A stretch of 63,721 bases of DNA, filler included, from Rhabdomonas costata (GCA_019059605.1; 56 parts of 56 records of this genome joined end to end with filler, not necessarily neighbours in it), one strand, 5' to 3'. Positions 48,551 to 61,279 are shown, numbered from the whole stretch's first letter. Numbers and translations: made by a program. Notes: generated by a model from the sequence alone, not told the origin.

Positions 48551-49003
48551 ATATGCCCCAGCATCCTATTGGGAACGGGGTGCAGTCGCAGGGTTTAGAC
48601 CGAGAAAGTGAGTTCAGTCCATGGGGCAAAAAGTATCAGTTTACGGTGGAACCTAAATTCACTTTATTATGTTTCTCTTGGGAACCTTACGGGTCCCTAT
48701 GCCCTTTACGCAGCTTGTGAGAGTCAAGCATGTACGAACAACTTAAATTCCAGGCGGCTCGGGACTGAGTCCAGTGGGGTTGCTGCACACGATCCCCAAC
48801 CAACCGATTGATTCTCAACGTAACCAACGATGACTGTCACTCTCACGTCGTCGTCGGCATTTTTCTTGCTGCTGTGCTCAGAATTTTCTCCTTCCCCAAA
48901 CCCNNNNNNNNNNNNNNNNNNNNNNNNNNNNNNNNNNNNNNNNNNNNTTAATTAATTAANNNNNNNNNNNNNNNNNNNNNNNNNNNNNNNNNNNNNNNNN
49001 NNN

Positions 49004-50043
49004 CCGGTGAGGGAGACGTAGTCCATTGTGACCCGCCCAGCGTCTCGAACAGCTTCCCGGGTCCCCAGGGGGCTGGTGTCGTCGGCGTAGGCAGAGGGGC
49101 TGGCCTCGGTCTCGGCGGAGATGGCTCGCGCCCACACCGACACCAGCAGGTTCAGCAGCACCACGCTGAGCGGGCAGCCCTGGAGGATCCCGTTCGTAGC
49201 CCGGAAGACGGCGCCCACTCCACCGCAGAACTTGAAGCGGCGGCTCAGGTGGCTGTACATACGGCGGATGGGGTCCATCAACCTGCTCGAGGCGCCCGAC
49301 TCGGAGCCAACCGGAGCATGAGCTCGTGCGACAGGCGGTCGAAGCACTTCGCGTAGTCGAGAAGGATGCCCGCCAGCTCAGTGTTGGAGAGCAGGGCGTC
49401 CTCGATCCGCAAGGCAAGCGCCCAGTACACGTCCAGTGTGCCGTGCTTGGCGCGGAAGCCGTGTTGGCCTGGATGAGTCCAGCCTTCCTGCCAGCGCATC
49501 GCATCGCGTAGTCGGGTAGCAGCCCAGAGGCGGTAAACGGCACTAGCGACTGAAATAGGTCGCATAGCCAGCGGTTCCCCGCCTTCGCCCTTCGGCACCA
49601 GCGTAACCAGGGCGCGTTCCACAGATCGAGGCCAGCGCCCGGTCTTCTCCACCTGGTTCAGTAGCTGAGCCAGCTTGTCCAGCAGGAGGGGCGGCAACGC
49701 CTTCAGCTCCGCCACGCACCACCCGTCCATGCCCGCCGCGCAGTGCGAGGACTGCTTCGATAGTGTGATCATTCCCCGTGAGATCTTTGAGCTCCATCGG
49801 CACCTTCACGATGTAGCGCCCGAACCGCGCGGCAAAGGGCTCCCAGCCGGGCTCGGGGCAGTCGCGGTAGAGCGCGAAGATGGGGTCCCACGCCGTTCGG
49901 AGGATGTTGTCCATCTCATCCAAGTCGGTGTTAAAGGACCCGTCAGCCCGCTTGATCATGTTGGCCGGCACGTTGGATACGCCCTTGGTGTAGCGGTAGA
50001 GGCGGCCCGGAGAGCAGTGCCAGCTGTGCTGTACCCACCCACC
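49004..50043 (-). mobile_element. Non-LTR retrotransposon reverse transcriptase, two frameshifts (near 49775 and 49305)
   Basis: AAGMDGW, LVPKG, RPISV, QHGFR, LDYAKCFD, GILQGCPLS, YADD in the correct order; intronless. Confidence 0.96.
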
Positions 50044-50143
50044 NNNNNNNNNNNNNNNNNNNNNNNNNNNNNNNNNNNNNNNNNNNNTTAATTAATTAAN
50101 NNNNNNNNNNNNNNNNNNNNNNNNNNNNNNNNNNNNNNNNNNN

Positions 50144-50250
50144 TTTGTTTGTGTTTCTGTTTGTGTTTCTGTTTCTGTTTCTGTTTTTGTTTCTGTGTGT
50201 GATGTGTGTGCGTGCGTGTGTGTCTGTGTGTGTGTGTGTGCGTGTGTGCG
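50144..50250. repeat. (TGTTTC/TGTTTG)n then (GT)n microsatellite
   Basis: Direct reading. Confidence 0.92.
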
Positions 50251-51928
50251 GAAACAGAGGCGAACAGAGGCCACCAAGTCATAAAGGTTACTGGGAGTGC
50301 TTATGGTTGGTTTCTAGAACTGTGCTGCAAGCGCTCGGCTGCCGATATATCGCATTATTCGTGAGCCGATGGGTGGAGCTGCTGGGAACACTGCATGCTG
50401 CACAGGCTACAAAAGTCGTTGTGGTGGTATTCTTGCGGGTCTGTATGAGCGTGTGGGTATGTGTGAGCGTGGAATGGAAGAAGTCGAAGGCGAACCGCAG
50501 AGAGTAGGCACGGTGTTCCACAAAGTGACGATGCTACCTTGTACTCGATTTACGCGTCCGAACCAAGACCGGCGTGTTGGCTGAATGTTCACTGGAATGT
50601 CAAAACCCAGGGTGGGGGTGGTTCTTTGTTGCATCCTATCGACCTGTGATCGGTAAAAGTGACCAAAGACCCAGTGAGGTTGAACATTAGTACCCATACC
50701 AAGTATTGACAACAAACCCAGGCAACTGTAAAAAGCAGGCACACACATCAGGCAGACCCACAGCTGCGCGCGTCTTAGGTTACGGCCAGCTATCTTGTCT
50801 TATTTTATTTTTTCATTCTCGCCCTCCGTCATGTGTGTTCCATTTCCTTCTTTGCATCACATGAACATACCATCGTATAACCAGCTTGCAACCAGCTTGC
50901 CCACCTCTGTGCCTCAGCCGCTGTTGTCTCCTTCCTCACGCTCACCCCCTTTTCTCGCAGAACCGTTCCCTTCGCCCTGCCCTTCATCCCTAGCCTTCTG
51001 TTCTTTCCCCATTCTACCGTTGTGCTTTCGCTCTCATGTTGCCACAAACATGAACAATCTTGTGCCCTCTTGTTGAGGTCAAGGAAGAAGAGTGACAGCA
51101 CATTCAGGGCTACATTAGAAAACAAAAGCATATTTTTGCAACGATGACAAAATCGCATTAACACAACCTTGCGAACACCAACCNNNNNNNNNNNNNNNNN
51201 NNNNNNNNNNNNNNNNNNNNNNNNNNNTTAATTAATTAANNNNNNNNNNNNNNNNNNNNNNNNNNNNNNNNNNNNNNNNNNNNAGGGATGTAAGCCAAGC
51301 CCCGAGTGTGCTCCTGACTGCAGCCGCTTCAGGGCGGAGAGGCGGCACGAGACGTTCGCGTCCAGCCAGCTGGAGGCTACGTCGTCCAGGGCAGCGGATC
51401 AGTCTTTCTGACTGGCCCAGGCCTCAATCATCGCACAAGACACAGCATCACCAAGCGAACCTTGACTCCAGGTCTGCTTCAGTGGGGCAACCAGCTCTTG
51501 TAAGCCCTCATGTAGTAGCGGTGTTGTGCCAACTATGGTGGTGTCCCCGTGGCATCCCCTGGCTACTGGTGACCGGTGTGCCATGGAGCGAGGGCCATCA
51601 TCTTGTGGTTGACCGAGCGACCAGTGACACATCAACCCATGTCACACTCAACCCAGCCATGCCATAATGTGATGTCCCGATGCCTCCTGGTGGTCATGGC
51701 GTGGTAACCCTGGTAGTGGTGATGCCTACCGGTGTATGCCAAGACGTGATGTTGGTACCTCAATGCCAATGTCACCACCTTGTCATGCACTCCCAGCATC
51801 AACCACAGAAACCAAGGGCATAGTTACCACTGGAGCTAAGGCACCCAGGGACTATGGCTACCAGGCTACCACGTCATGCTCTGTATCAAGGGCAACCACC
51901 ACATCCAGCTATGTCATGGAAGGTGGGA

Positions 51929-52314
51929 TGGCCAAGTTACATGTAGCGACTGCCAACTCTAACCTGATGTAGTGAAGTGGGCATGGTGTAGTGGCATGAC
52001 TAGTGTCTTGATGTCACTCAACCACTAAGACGCAGCCACTACGCATAACCAACCGAGGGTGATGAGTGAGGGCAGCCACCGCAGTCAGAACGTACCCCTT
52101 GATGGCAGAGCCAAAGATGCATGATGCACTGTATTAGTGTATGAGTGAGAGGGGCGGTGGCTGCCAAGGGGTATGTCGTCACTCCGCTACGCTCCGTTCC
52201 TCCTCAACATCAACTACAACGCTACGGCTACGCCTTCGTTAAGTGACTCAGAACCCACTACTACGCTTCGCTTCATCAGGTTAGAGTTGGCAGTCGCTAC
52301 ATGTAACTTGGCCA
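51929..52314. repeat. Imperfect palindrome of about 385 nt within CpG-decayed sequence
   Basis: 41-nt perfect outer arms; inner partial matches 52013-52022 / 52238-52247 and 52093-52100 / 52166-52173. Confidence 0.75.
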
Positions 52315-53586
52315 CCCCACCCNNNNNNNNNNNNNNNNNNNNNNNNNNNNNNNNNNNNNNNNNNNNTTAATTAATTAANNNNNNNNNNNNNNNNNNNNNN
52401 NNNNNNNNNNNNNNNNNNNNNNGCGGTTCTGGAACAAATGAGCTGAATGTCGATTCTCGAGATCGTTCCAAATCCTCCTTCGATGGTGTCAGCTTCCATC
52501 GTCTGATTTACCAACCCATCGTTACATCGGCCCGGTTGCACCTCTGTTGTGCTTTTTCCATTCTCTTTTTACCACATATGGGCCAGTTTTTTGTCACTTT
52601 TTCCCATTCACCAAACTCACTCTTCGTTTTTTCCACCACCAGACGATGCAGTATTTGTACAGAATCCAATTGTCTGTGCCTGAAAGGCACAATGTTGAAT
52701 TGATTCCACAATTTCTGAACTCAGAATGTCGGATACTGGTTTGCATGGTCTGTAATGCTCTTGCATTTTGGAAATCTGACTTGTAGTTTTAAATGTAAAT
52801 GGATCTAGCGAAGATTCTAGTTTTTATGCGAGACCTGACGCATTACATGTTGATTTCCTGCTTGAGCGCTACTGCTGCTTCTGGAATTAGTCTGGTCGCG
52901 CGCTGGAGCTTTGTACGGAAGTGTTGTGTCACGATTGGCCCATTTTTGTTTTTGTGATTAAGTTTCAGCAGCAATGGCTTGTTGTTGTTTGAAGATGGTA
53001 CACGTCTTGGTATTGTGCCTGGTTCAAAGGTTTATTCACAGCTCACATGCACACTTCCACTGATACGTAAACACCAATACGGACGCCCACGCCCACGTGT
53101 AATCATTTGTTCGCTAAACGTTATGGAGTCGGTGTATTTTCGGCATGCTGAAACCCGAATGGATTATGGGTATATTCAACTTATGAGACCATGCCATTGT
53201 TTGGAGCGACACAATGAAATTGTGCATCCACGCCAAGTTACGAAGCATCCAATAGCACACCACGTGTCGCAGTCTCCTGGAAGACGCCGTAGATAGATTC
53301 AACTTCTGGAGCTCCGGAGCCCCAGACCTCACCCTGATCATCTACGCCAACTCATCCACAAACCTCCAAATCCAAGCAGTCTTAAACCAAAGGACCTTAA
53401 GCTGATGTGCCACTTACCGAATTAATGATTGCGCTAATTGAGGCAGTGTTAACCACCCCCACNNNNNNNNNNNNNNNNNNNNNNNNNNNNNNNNNNNNNN
53501 NNNNNNTTAATTAATTAANNNNNNNNNNNNNNNNNNNNNNNNNNNNNNNNNNNNNNNNNNNNGTGGTGGGTGTGTTTGGGTTGTGT

Positions 53587-54241
53587 GGGGCCTCATTCCT
53601 GTGACACCAATGCTTACGCCAACGCAGTGGCGTTTCTGCTACTCTCGCGGTACCGCGTTGTGAGTGTTAATTACGGAGGCTCGGCGGGGTTCGGGCAGCA
53701 GTGCATCGAGGCTCTTGCTGGGCAGATCGGGCGCTCGGACGTGGAGGATGTTGTCGCCGCTCTGAAGAGTGTGCCGGACGTTGATCTTTCCAGAGTGGTT
53801 ATGTACGGGGGGAGCCATGGTGGGTTTCTGACCGCCCATGTCAGCGGGCAGTTCCCCACGATGCTGCGGGCAGTGTCAATGCGGAACCCTGTCATCCATG
53901 TCGCCACGATGCTGCACACCTCGGATATTCCGGACTGGTGCGGCTACGAGGCGGGCGTCTCTGTGAATGTGTCCGGAGGCGATGCGGAGAACGCGATGCG
54001 CCGCGTCAGCCCCATTGAGAACGCGGACAAGGTGATTGCCCCAACCCTTGTTGCTGTTGGGCAGGGCGACCTCCGTGTTCCTCAGGCCCAGGGGCGCATT
54101 TGGTATCATGCGCTTCGGGCTAGAGGGGTGGATGTTCGGCTCTTTGAGTACCCTGGAGTGGGGCACGCCCTGGACGGTGCAGCCAGTGAGGCGGACTACA
54201 TCTTGCAGACCACTCTGTTTTTTAACAGTCACTTGCCGTAG
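53587..54241 (+). CDS. APEH: Acylamino-acid-releasing enzyme (peptidase S9C), C-terminal catalytic domain
   Basis: GPHS, VNY.GS.GFGQ, nucleophile GGSHGG, RNPV, SDIPDWC, DLRVP, GHAL; ends at TAG. Confidence 0.93.
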
Positions 54242-57002
54242 AGCTTCTTTTTGTCGTTACGCAGTCACCCGCTGTTGCATCCATTTGAGACCCCCAAGCC
54301 AAGAAAAAAAGGAAATTCGTTCCCCACACCGAAACGGCAGCTTCTCCGGAAAGAGGCCCTTGCGTTCGTCTGACAAGGTTTTGATGGGCTTCTGGACATT
54401 CTTACGTGTCGAAAGCTTCCCCGCTTTCCTCGTCGCCCTTGGCCGCAAAGCACCCTGTTCGCAACGTTGCTAAGGGCCGCATACCACGCCGGGATCTTAT
54501 GCAACGGCTTACTGGTAGAGTGAAAGGACCAAGCAGAGATACGCGCCACCGGTACTTCAACAAGCGGGGCAAGTTTACGGGCAACTGATAACACCAACCA
54601 ACNNNNNNNNNNNNNNNNNNNNNNNNNNNNNNNNNNNNNNNNNNNNTTAATTAATTAANNNNNNNNNNNNNNNNNNNNNNNNNNNNNNNNNNNNNNNNNN
54701 NNGGTTTGTGTGGCTGATTTTTGATGAATTTGCGGTAGGGGATCTGATTTGGGTGCCGTTTTTTATACCAGAAAAACACCTATGCTCCACTTTCTCCATT
54801 TTTTGTTGACGGAGATATTTAAGGCGACTGAAGGAAACTGTTCATTTTATGCGGGTCTTTGCTCCGATTTTTCACTGTTTGATATCTTGCGTGGAAAGTT
54901 CACACTTTTAAGATGAAACAAACCATACTTGATTTTACTTGCCCACTGGCAGCATTGCGACTTTTTTTGAGCGGCACTTCTGTTGTCTGCCTGGATGAGT
55001 TATAGTGTGCGCATTTGTTTGAGTGTTTTTACTCCCTAAAAATGTGTTGGGGAACAGCGAACGGGCTCAAGCGGTAAAGAGTAGTATTTGAGCAATGAGT
55101 CCTGCAGAAAAGCCCGACGGGCCCACGCGACGAGACACAGGGCGGAATGCTCTGCCTAGTTACTCCACTCTGCTGCAGTGGCAAAGGCCCTCGAGAAATC
55201 TGGAAGGAAAGAAATCTGGAACTGTATATTAAAAGTGGTTGCTTTCAGTGATTCCTTCCGGTTTCTCATTGAACTTCCATGGGCCGGGATTCCGAAGGTA
55301 TGACGTTTATCTATTCCTATTGCCCATGTTCCTCGGAAATATCAACCCACAAGAGCCATCCATGGCACCATTCGACAAAACCCACTACTTTCATCTGTAT
55401 CCCCCAATCGCCCAATCAGCTGTTTACACAATGCGCCTTCGACGGCCCTCGTCTCCTCAAACGTAGAGAAAGAGCAGAACGGGAAAACCGATCAAAAAAA
55501 AAGCGAACCCCACCCCGCTGAAATACCCAGCCGAAATACAGTTTCTCCCCCACCCCTTTGTGCCCGGAATTGCCTGATTTGATACGCGCATTTGAACTCT
55601 GGCGCGTGCAGGAATCAGAAGCAGAAAAAGGAAAAGCTGATCAAAATTGATTGGCGGGCAAACGAAACAGAAAAATACGTAAATAATACCTAAATGAAAC
55701 ACCCGGTACTCAGCGCACAAGTACTCAACGCCACCAAACACCNNNNNNNNNNNNNNNNNNNNNNNNNNNNNNNNNNNNNNNNNNNNTTAATTAATTAANN
55801 NNNNNNNNNNNNNNNNNNNNNNNNNNNNNNNNNNNNNNNNNNGGTTTTTTGTCCCCCTTTGAAAGTTTCGTCACCCACTTGGCTCCCAGTTTTGCACCTG
55901 TCCTCAGGAACGTTTGAGATGCATATGCGAAAATCCCTTTGCTGCAAGTTTCTGGACTCCGCGTGTCTGCCACCACGACCAGAAGACGCGATTCCAAATC
56001 AACTCGCATGGAATTGTTAATGGCTCTCTCAAAAGTTGCTGCAGGATACGGATGGAGATGAGAATGCTGTAGGCTTCGAGTCCTCTATTTTACGTGGACC
56101 TTTTTTGGACTCAATGAATTGTTTTTCGCGATTTGCTCGTCACGATGTGCGCAGAGAGGGCTGGCTGAGCAGTTGGGATAGCCCACCGCAAGAATTTCGA
56201 AAAGGAGGCGTCCTGAGATCGTTTAGAAAGACCAAGGCGCCAGCCTACTTCTTGTCTGTCATGCCCTTCTGCTTCAGACTCTCTCAGTACCGTTCTGCAG
56301 TGTTTGGCCTCTTGCTTCTCCCCCCGCCCCCTTTGTCCTGTCCTTTGATGGAACAAGGGTATCCCTCATATCCGCCACCAGGTATCTCTTTCTTTGGATG
56401 CTGTGAAGCGCTCTTTATGGTACGGAGCTCCTTGAGCGCCTGTGATGGCCTGCCACCGTTTCCGCTCTTATTTTGGTATTGTGTATATTCTCTGTGGTAT
56501 GTGAACGTGCAAAGGAGTGACTTCGTACATTCTGCACAAGGGACAGGGGGACACTTGTAGCACTCGAAATTGGAGTTTGGGTAAGGTGAAAGGGAAACGC
56601 GAAAATCTCTCTGCCATATGTTTGGCCCATCTCTGTTTCGGTAGCAAGGGGTGGTGATGGCACCCATTGTAACCGTTCCCTGAGTAATAGCTTTTGCAGC
56701 GATGAAGTTCACTTACACTGACCAGTTCTTAGATTCGTACAGGCACGTATCGTGTAAGCGCCAAAGCGGCGAGATGGCCAGCCACCAAATAAATCACGCA
56801 ACCCACCTCTTGTAGGGGCTCCTTTCCCGGTTTTCCGCTCACAGGCGGGGCGGGCCCAAACCCCCCCAAACACACCCACCACNNNNNNNNNNNNNNNNNN
56901 NNNNNNNNNNNNNNNNNNNNNNNNNNTTAATTAATTAANNNNNNNNNNNNNNNNNNNNNNNNNNNNNNNNNNNNNNNNNNNNGTGTGGTTCTCTCAGCAC
57001 AC

Positions 57003-57097
57003 TTTGTGATCTCATCTTGAACCCCGCTGTGGATCACGTTGGTTCCCGTGAAGTGCTCCATTGGGAGGATCAGCACGTGGTGGTCCATCAGCCCACC
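57003..57097 (-). CDS. CWF19L1: CWF19-like 1 (CwfJ C-terminal domain) exon
   Basis: (K)GGLMDHHVLILPMEHF...VQDEITK|gtgtgc; aacaag acceptor. Confidence 0.75.
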
Positions 57098-57871
57098 CTT
57101 GTTCAACAGGAGACACGCATACCCATATACAAAAGTGAGGAACTTCCTGACACTGCCCGAAAACGCAGCCATATGGAAGATATATGGAACTGAGCTCTCG
57201 ACCTAAGTTGATCACCCCCGCCTCTCTCTCTCTCTCTGACTCCAAACCAACACTGAACTTTCGAGCCTTAATCACTGCGAGCTTTGATGAACCATGCTAA
57301 ATTTAAGCCCAAACGAGTAAAGGGGGGAACCCGCCGATGGTTCTGTCTATCTCCGCTTGCAGAAAGTGCAGCAAGATTCTTTGTCCTTGTTTTCTCTTTC
57401 AAAGCACAGTGGTTGGGGGAATTTTAGGAGCTTCCCACCTTGGCCCGGCGCGGAGAGCAGGCTTTGAGGCAGTTCGGCTCCAGACTGACTCGTTTTCGGC
57501 GTGGCGCCAGAGCGGAACAAAATGAACGCGCTCCTGAAATAGAAGGTTGGCAGCAGTGCACTCACTTGCGCATGCTTCTGCAACGCATGCAACTACGACG
57601 CTAATGCGTGTGTTGAAAAGACGTGCACTGACAGTTGTCTTGGATTGGATGCAGGATAGTTTTTTCAGGAAAGTTTGCATCAGTGCCTGCTGCTTCGGTT
57701 TTGAACGCAGAGATTTTGTCAGGAGGACACACACACAACTTTACCAGAGTGTTGCGTATTCTTGGCATGGGAATTTTTGTCAGTCTCAGTGATACCTTGG
57801 CTTATCAACTCTGTCGGAAAAGCTCAGATGTCATTCCTGAGCTTTCTCGACTTTCTGCTTGTTGGTTGTAG

Positions 57872-57993
57872 GACCCGCTGCTGCCTCAGCGGTGGTCATG
57901 CAGCAGCCCTCTGCAGCCTCGGGCGCGGCGGAAGCCACGGGCACTGCAGGCCAGCCGAGCGGATCTGTGGATACCAACACCAACGCGCTAGAG
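57872..57993 (+). CDS. Putative Ala-rich exon, possibly a first exon (ATG 57898)
   Basis: ttgtag|...MQQPSAASGAAEATGTAGQPSGSVDTNTNALE|gtgagg. Confidence 0.45.
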
Positions 57994-58254
57994 GTGAGGC
58001 CTCCTCTTCCATCCCAAAAAACNNNNNNNNNNNNNNNNNNNNNNNNNNNNNNNNNNNNNNNNNNNNTTAATTAATTAANNNNNNNNNNNNNNNNNNNNNN
58101 NNNNNNNNNNNNNNNNNNNNNNGTGTGTGGGTGAAAATCGAAAATTCCCCCCCCCCAATCTCTGTAAGTCCGAAATGTTTCCTTTTTTGGAAACGTTTTT
58201 TTCCACCTCTCAGTTTTAAAAACTTGAGGTGAAACGGGCAATAGAATCCCCTGC

Positions 58255-58360
58255 ATCACCTCCTAACCCCATGCCCTCTCCTGAAGGGGCCCATAAAAGC
58301 ACTAGTTCACAGCCCAAACAGGGTGGACCCCACCCTGCCGAGGGGGTGGGATGAATGCAT
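58255..58360 (-). mobile_element. MITE-like dispersed repeat, partial copy 2
   Basis: 58287-58316 is the exact reverse complement of 48241-48270; flanks align with mismatches. Confidence 0.85.
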
Positions 58361-58870
58361 AGTTCCTGGTTTTGCAATCATCTCTCACATGGACAGGACG
58401 CCCTTCCCAACCCATGCGCTTCGTGGGATGGGTTGCCGTGGCGTAGCTTTGAGTCTTCTGTCCCAGGGCAAGGGCAGTCAGAAGGCCCCGACCCTTAAGG
58501 CCTCGATGCTAATGGTTGCTATGGTTCTGATGTGGTGCCCCCCTGGACTGCAGTGGCATATGGCCCTGTATTTATTGTGCCTCTCTTTTTCTAGTTCCTG
58601 TTGTGTTTGTGTGGAGTCACGGCGTTCGTGTCATGGGCGCCCGTCCAGCGAAACATATGCATCCACTCTCGTATGGCCAAAAAACTTACTTTTATTGGCG
58701 AAGGTGTATTTTCAGACCCATCCTCATCCGGCCGGGTACGAGAGCTCGTGGGTCCACAGCGGTGTCCAACCGCCAGTCAGGCAACAGTTAGCGCACGATA
58801 CGCCCTGCACACACACACACGCACACACAGACATGGAGATTGGAGCGCACATATATACTGTCTTCCTTAG

Positions 58871-59142
58871 GTAAACAATTTCTGGACGGAAGCTCTTCCG
58901 TTAAGCTTCACGTCCTGCTGAGGCATGTGTCTGCCCTGAATCAGGCCAACCAGCAGTTTGGAATCGACCTGGACCTGGCCGCGGTGTGGACGGACCCCGA
59001 TCTGCTGAACTTTGCCCGGATCAACGCCACCGTGGGGTATGACTTCAGCACCTTCACCGGGGTGCTTGTGATCGACCTCGCGATGCCACACGCGATTTGG
59101 TACCCCTCGTTCGACTTGCCCTCGGTGGGACTGGTGGCCAGA
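58871..59142 (+). CDS. Pentameric ligand-gated ion channel ligand-binding-domain exon
   Basis: ccttag|..VKLHVLLRHVSALNQANQQFGIDLDLAAVWTDPDL...IWYPSF; WxDxxL and IWxP motifs; donor after 59124 or 59142. Confidence 0.75.
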
Positions 59143-59264
59143 GTATGCCCCCCCCCCACCNNNNNNNNNNNNNNNNNNNNNNNNNNNNNNNNNNNNNNNN
59201 NNNNTTAATTAATTAANNNNNNNNNNNNNNNNNNNNNNNNNNNNNNNNNNNNNNNNNNNNTGAT

Positions 59265-59651
59265 TTGTGGCGCCGCCGGTTGAGGTACGAAGCTGCGAGG
59301 AGTGGGGCGGTACTATGCTTAGCAGTGGCAAACGACCAAACCAGTGAAGCATTTGAAGCCATTGGGAGACACCCAAGGATCAACATCGATGGAAAAATCC
59401 GTAAATTAAACATATTCCAAGGTGAGACCAGGTTAAACAAAATTGGAATATTGTCCGCACCCCTTGGGCGGTTGACCAAGGAGTGGAGAATAAATAGCGG
59501 CGAAAAACATAAAACTTACTGCGAACTATATTCATGGGAGCAGTTTGCACAGCTCGAGCTGGACAACTGTCGCGTCAAGCTTCAAGACTTTTTGGCTACG
59601 CATGGACATCGGCCTAGTGGCACCATAAGAGTGCGAGCTAGCAAGGCATGA
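59265..59651 (+). CDS. Possible 3' end of an intronless hypothetical ORF
   Basis: 128 open codons with globular composition; nothing recognised. Confidence 0.3.
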   Translation: MWRRRLRYEAARSGAVLCLAVANDQTSEAFEAIGRHPRINIDGKIRKLNIFQGETRLNKIGILSAPLGRLTKEWRINSGEKHKTYCELYSWEQFAQLELDNCRVKLQDFLATHGHRPSGTIRVRASKA

Positions 59652-60404
59652 AGGCTGGATGCGTTGACACCCCCGCGTCCCGGCAATAACTCCATGTTTA
59701 TTAAGCACACGTCTGTGAAGGGTGCTTGCGGCACGCTCCCAGACAGCCCCAGATATTGACCGGAGAGAAAGAATGATGCTATGGAAAGAGGGCAGAGAGA
59801 GAAGCCGAAGCACAGGCGAGAGACCCCCCAATTCAGCAAACCGAAAAAACAGAAGAGAACTGAGGTGCAAGCACACAAGCACGCTAGCGATGAGGAAGGG
59901 TGGGAGGTGCGCGTGTAATGGGTTTGGATATAAAGTCCTCGGGGGCAGTCCCTGTGGGTCTTGTGTGGGTGTGGGTGTGTAAGATGGGCAGGCAAGGTCC
60001 CGCCGGCGAGCAACAGAAGCACAACCCCTTCCCCTTTATCCTTCCTTCTGCTGTGTGGTGCTGTGCATGACTGTGTGTTGTGTTGTCGTTGTGCGTTTGC
60101 GTTCGGAAACTGTCTGAGATTACTGTTTGCTTCTCCTGTTTCTTCGCTTCCTTCAGATTTTTTTGGTATTTGGCCTTGTGTGCAGTGCTGCGAAGCCTTC
60201 GATGATTCGAAGGAACGCAGCTGGCAACTTAACGAGGACAGCCGACTTGGATCCTCACCTGTACTTTCTCAATACCGCTTCGACTCAGCCCCCACGCAAG
60301 NNNNNNNNNNNNNNNNNNNNNNNNNNNNNNNNNNNNNNNNNNNNTTAATTAATTAANNNNNNNNNNNNNNNNNNNNNNNNNNNNNNNNNNNNNNNNNNNN
60401 TTTT

Positions 60405-61279
60405 GGGGTGCTGCGCAGGAAACGGTGGGGTGCTGCACAGGTTCTCCTGAGGAGCCGCGGTGCAGGGCGGGGGTGAACAGCCTCCTATTCCCCAAGATGA
60501 GCCCGTCTGAGGACTCCGCTCTCGGAGAGATTGTCGGGCAGGGGCAGGGGCAGGCGTCGCCCTCGAGTGGCTGGGGGGAACCCGAGATTTCACGTGCAGA
60601 CTGATCGAGATGTGCAGCAGACTCGCTTGCGGCCCTCGGCACCTGAGTTTACCAGAAAGAAAACAGAAGGGAAAACTTGGCCGTCGTCTCTGCGCTGCAG
60701 AAAGCCGCGTTGTGGGGGGAGCCCTTCCCGCGCACACTGTAGACTGGCTGGCAAGAAATCAGGCAGAGGTCGAAGCCAAAGTTCGAAGTTCGAGCACCAG
60801 CAGCTTAATTCTTGTTCGCAACAAAAGAATGTCATTGGGAAACCTCACCTCTCCATGGGGAAGGAATTCCGTCGCAACAACCATAAAACAACACCCATCC
60901 AAACTGCAAGAGCAAACATTCCAAAACAAGACTTACAGGTTTTCCAAAACCCCGACTGGTTCAGCGAGACGTCGTCGCTTTAATATGAATGTCCCATGAA
61001 TGTCGAAGATCAGAAGAGGCCAGGGAAAGGCGATCTTTATCATCTGCTGGAGCAGTTATACACAAGACATAAAAATACCTGAAGGCTGCTCAGCGAGAGA
61101 CCGGAAAGCAGAGTGGTAGGTCGACAACAAACCTTTTCATTGCGTTCTTCCTCGTCAATATCCTCATCGTCGACGCTCTCCCTCCTCAGGTGCCGCAGCA
61201 CGGCGTGGGGCACGTAGCGCCGTACTCGCTTCAAGGTTTGCAGAATCTTCAAGAAGGACAGCTGAGTCGGGGTGGGATC
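60405..61279 (-). CDS. Two exons (61279-61133, 60642 to contig edge); helix typical of the region before class III nucleotide cyclases
   Basis: SFLKILQTLKRVRRYVPHAVLRHL; phase-0 GT-AG intron; no catalytic domain in the contig. Confidence 0.55.

Noticed and set aside
48822..48831. AACCAACGAT as a diplonemid-type spliced leader start (also ACTTCTGAGTG near 63262 as euglenid-type)
   Set aside because: Matches end after about 10 nt; no leader body, donor or Sm site
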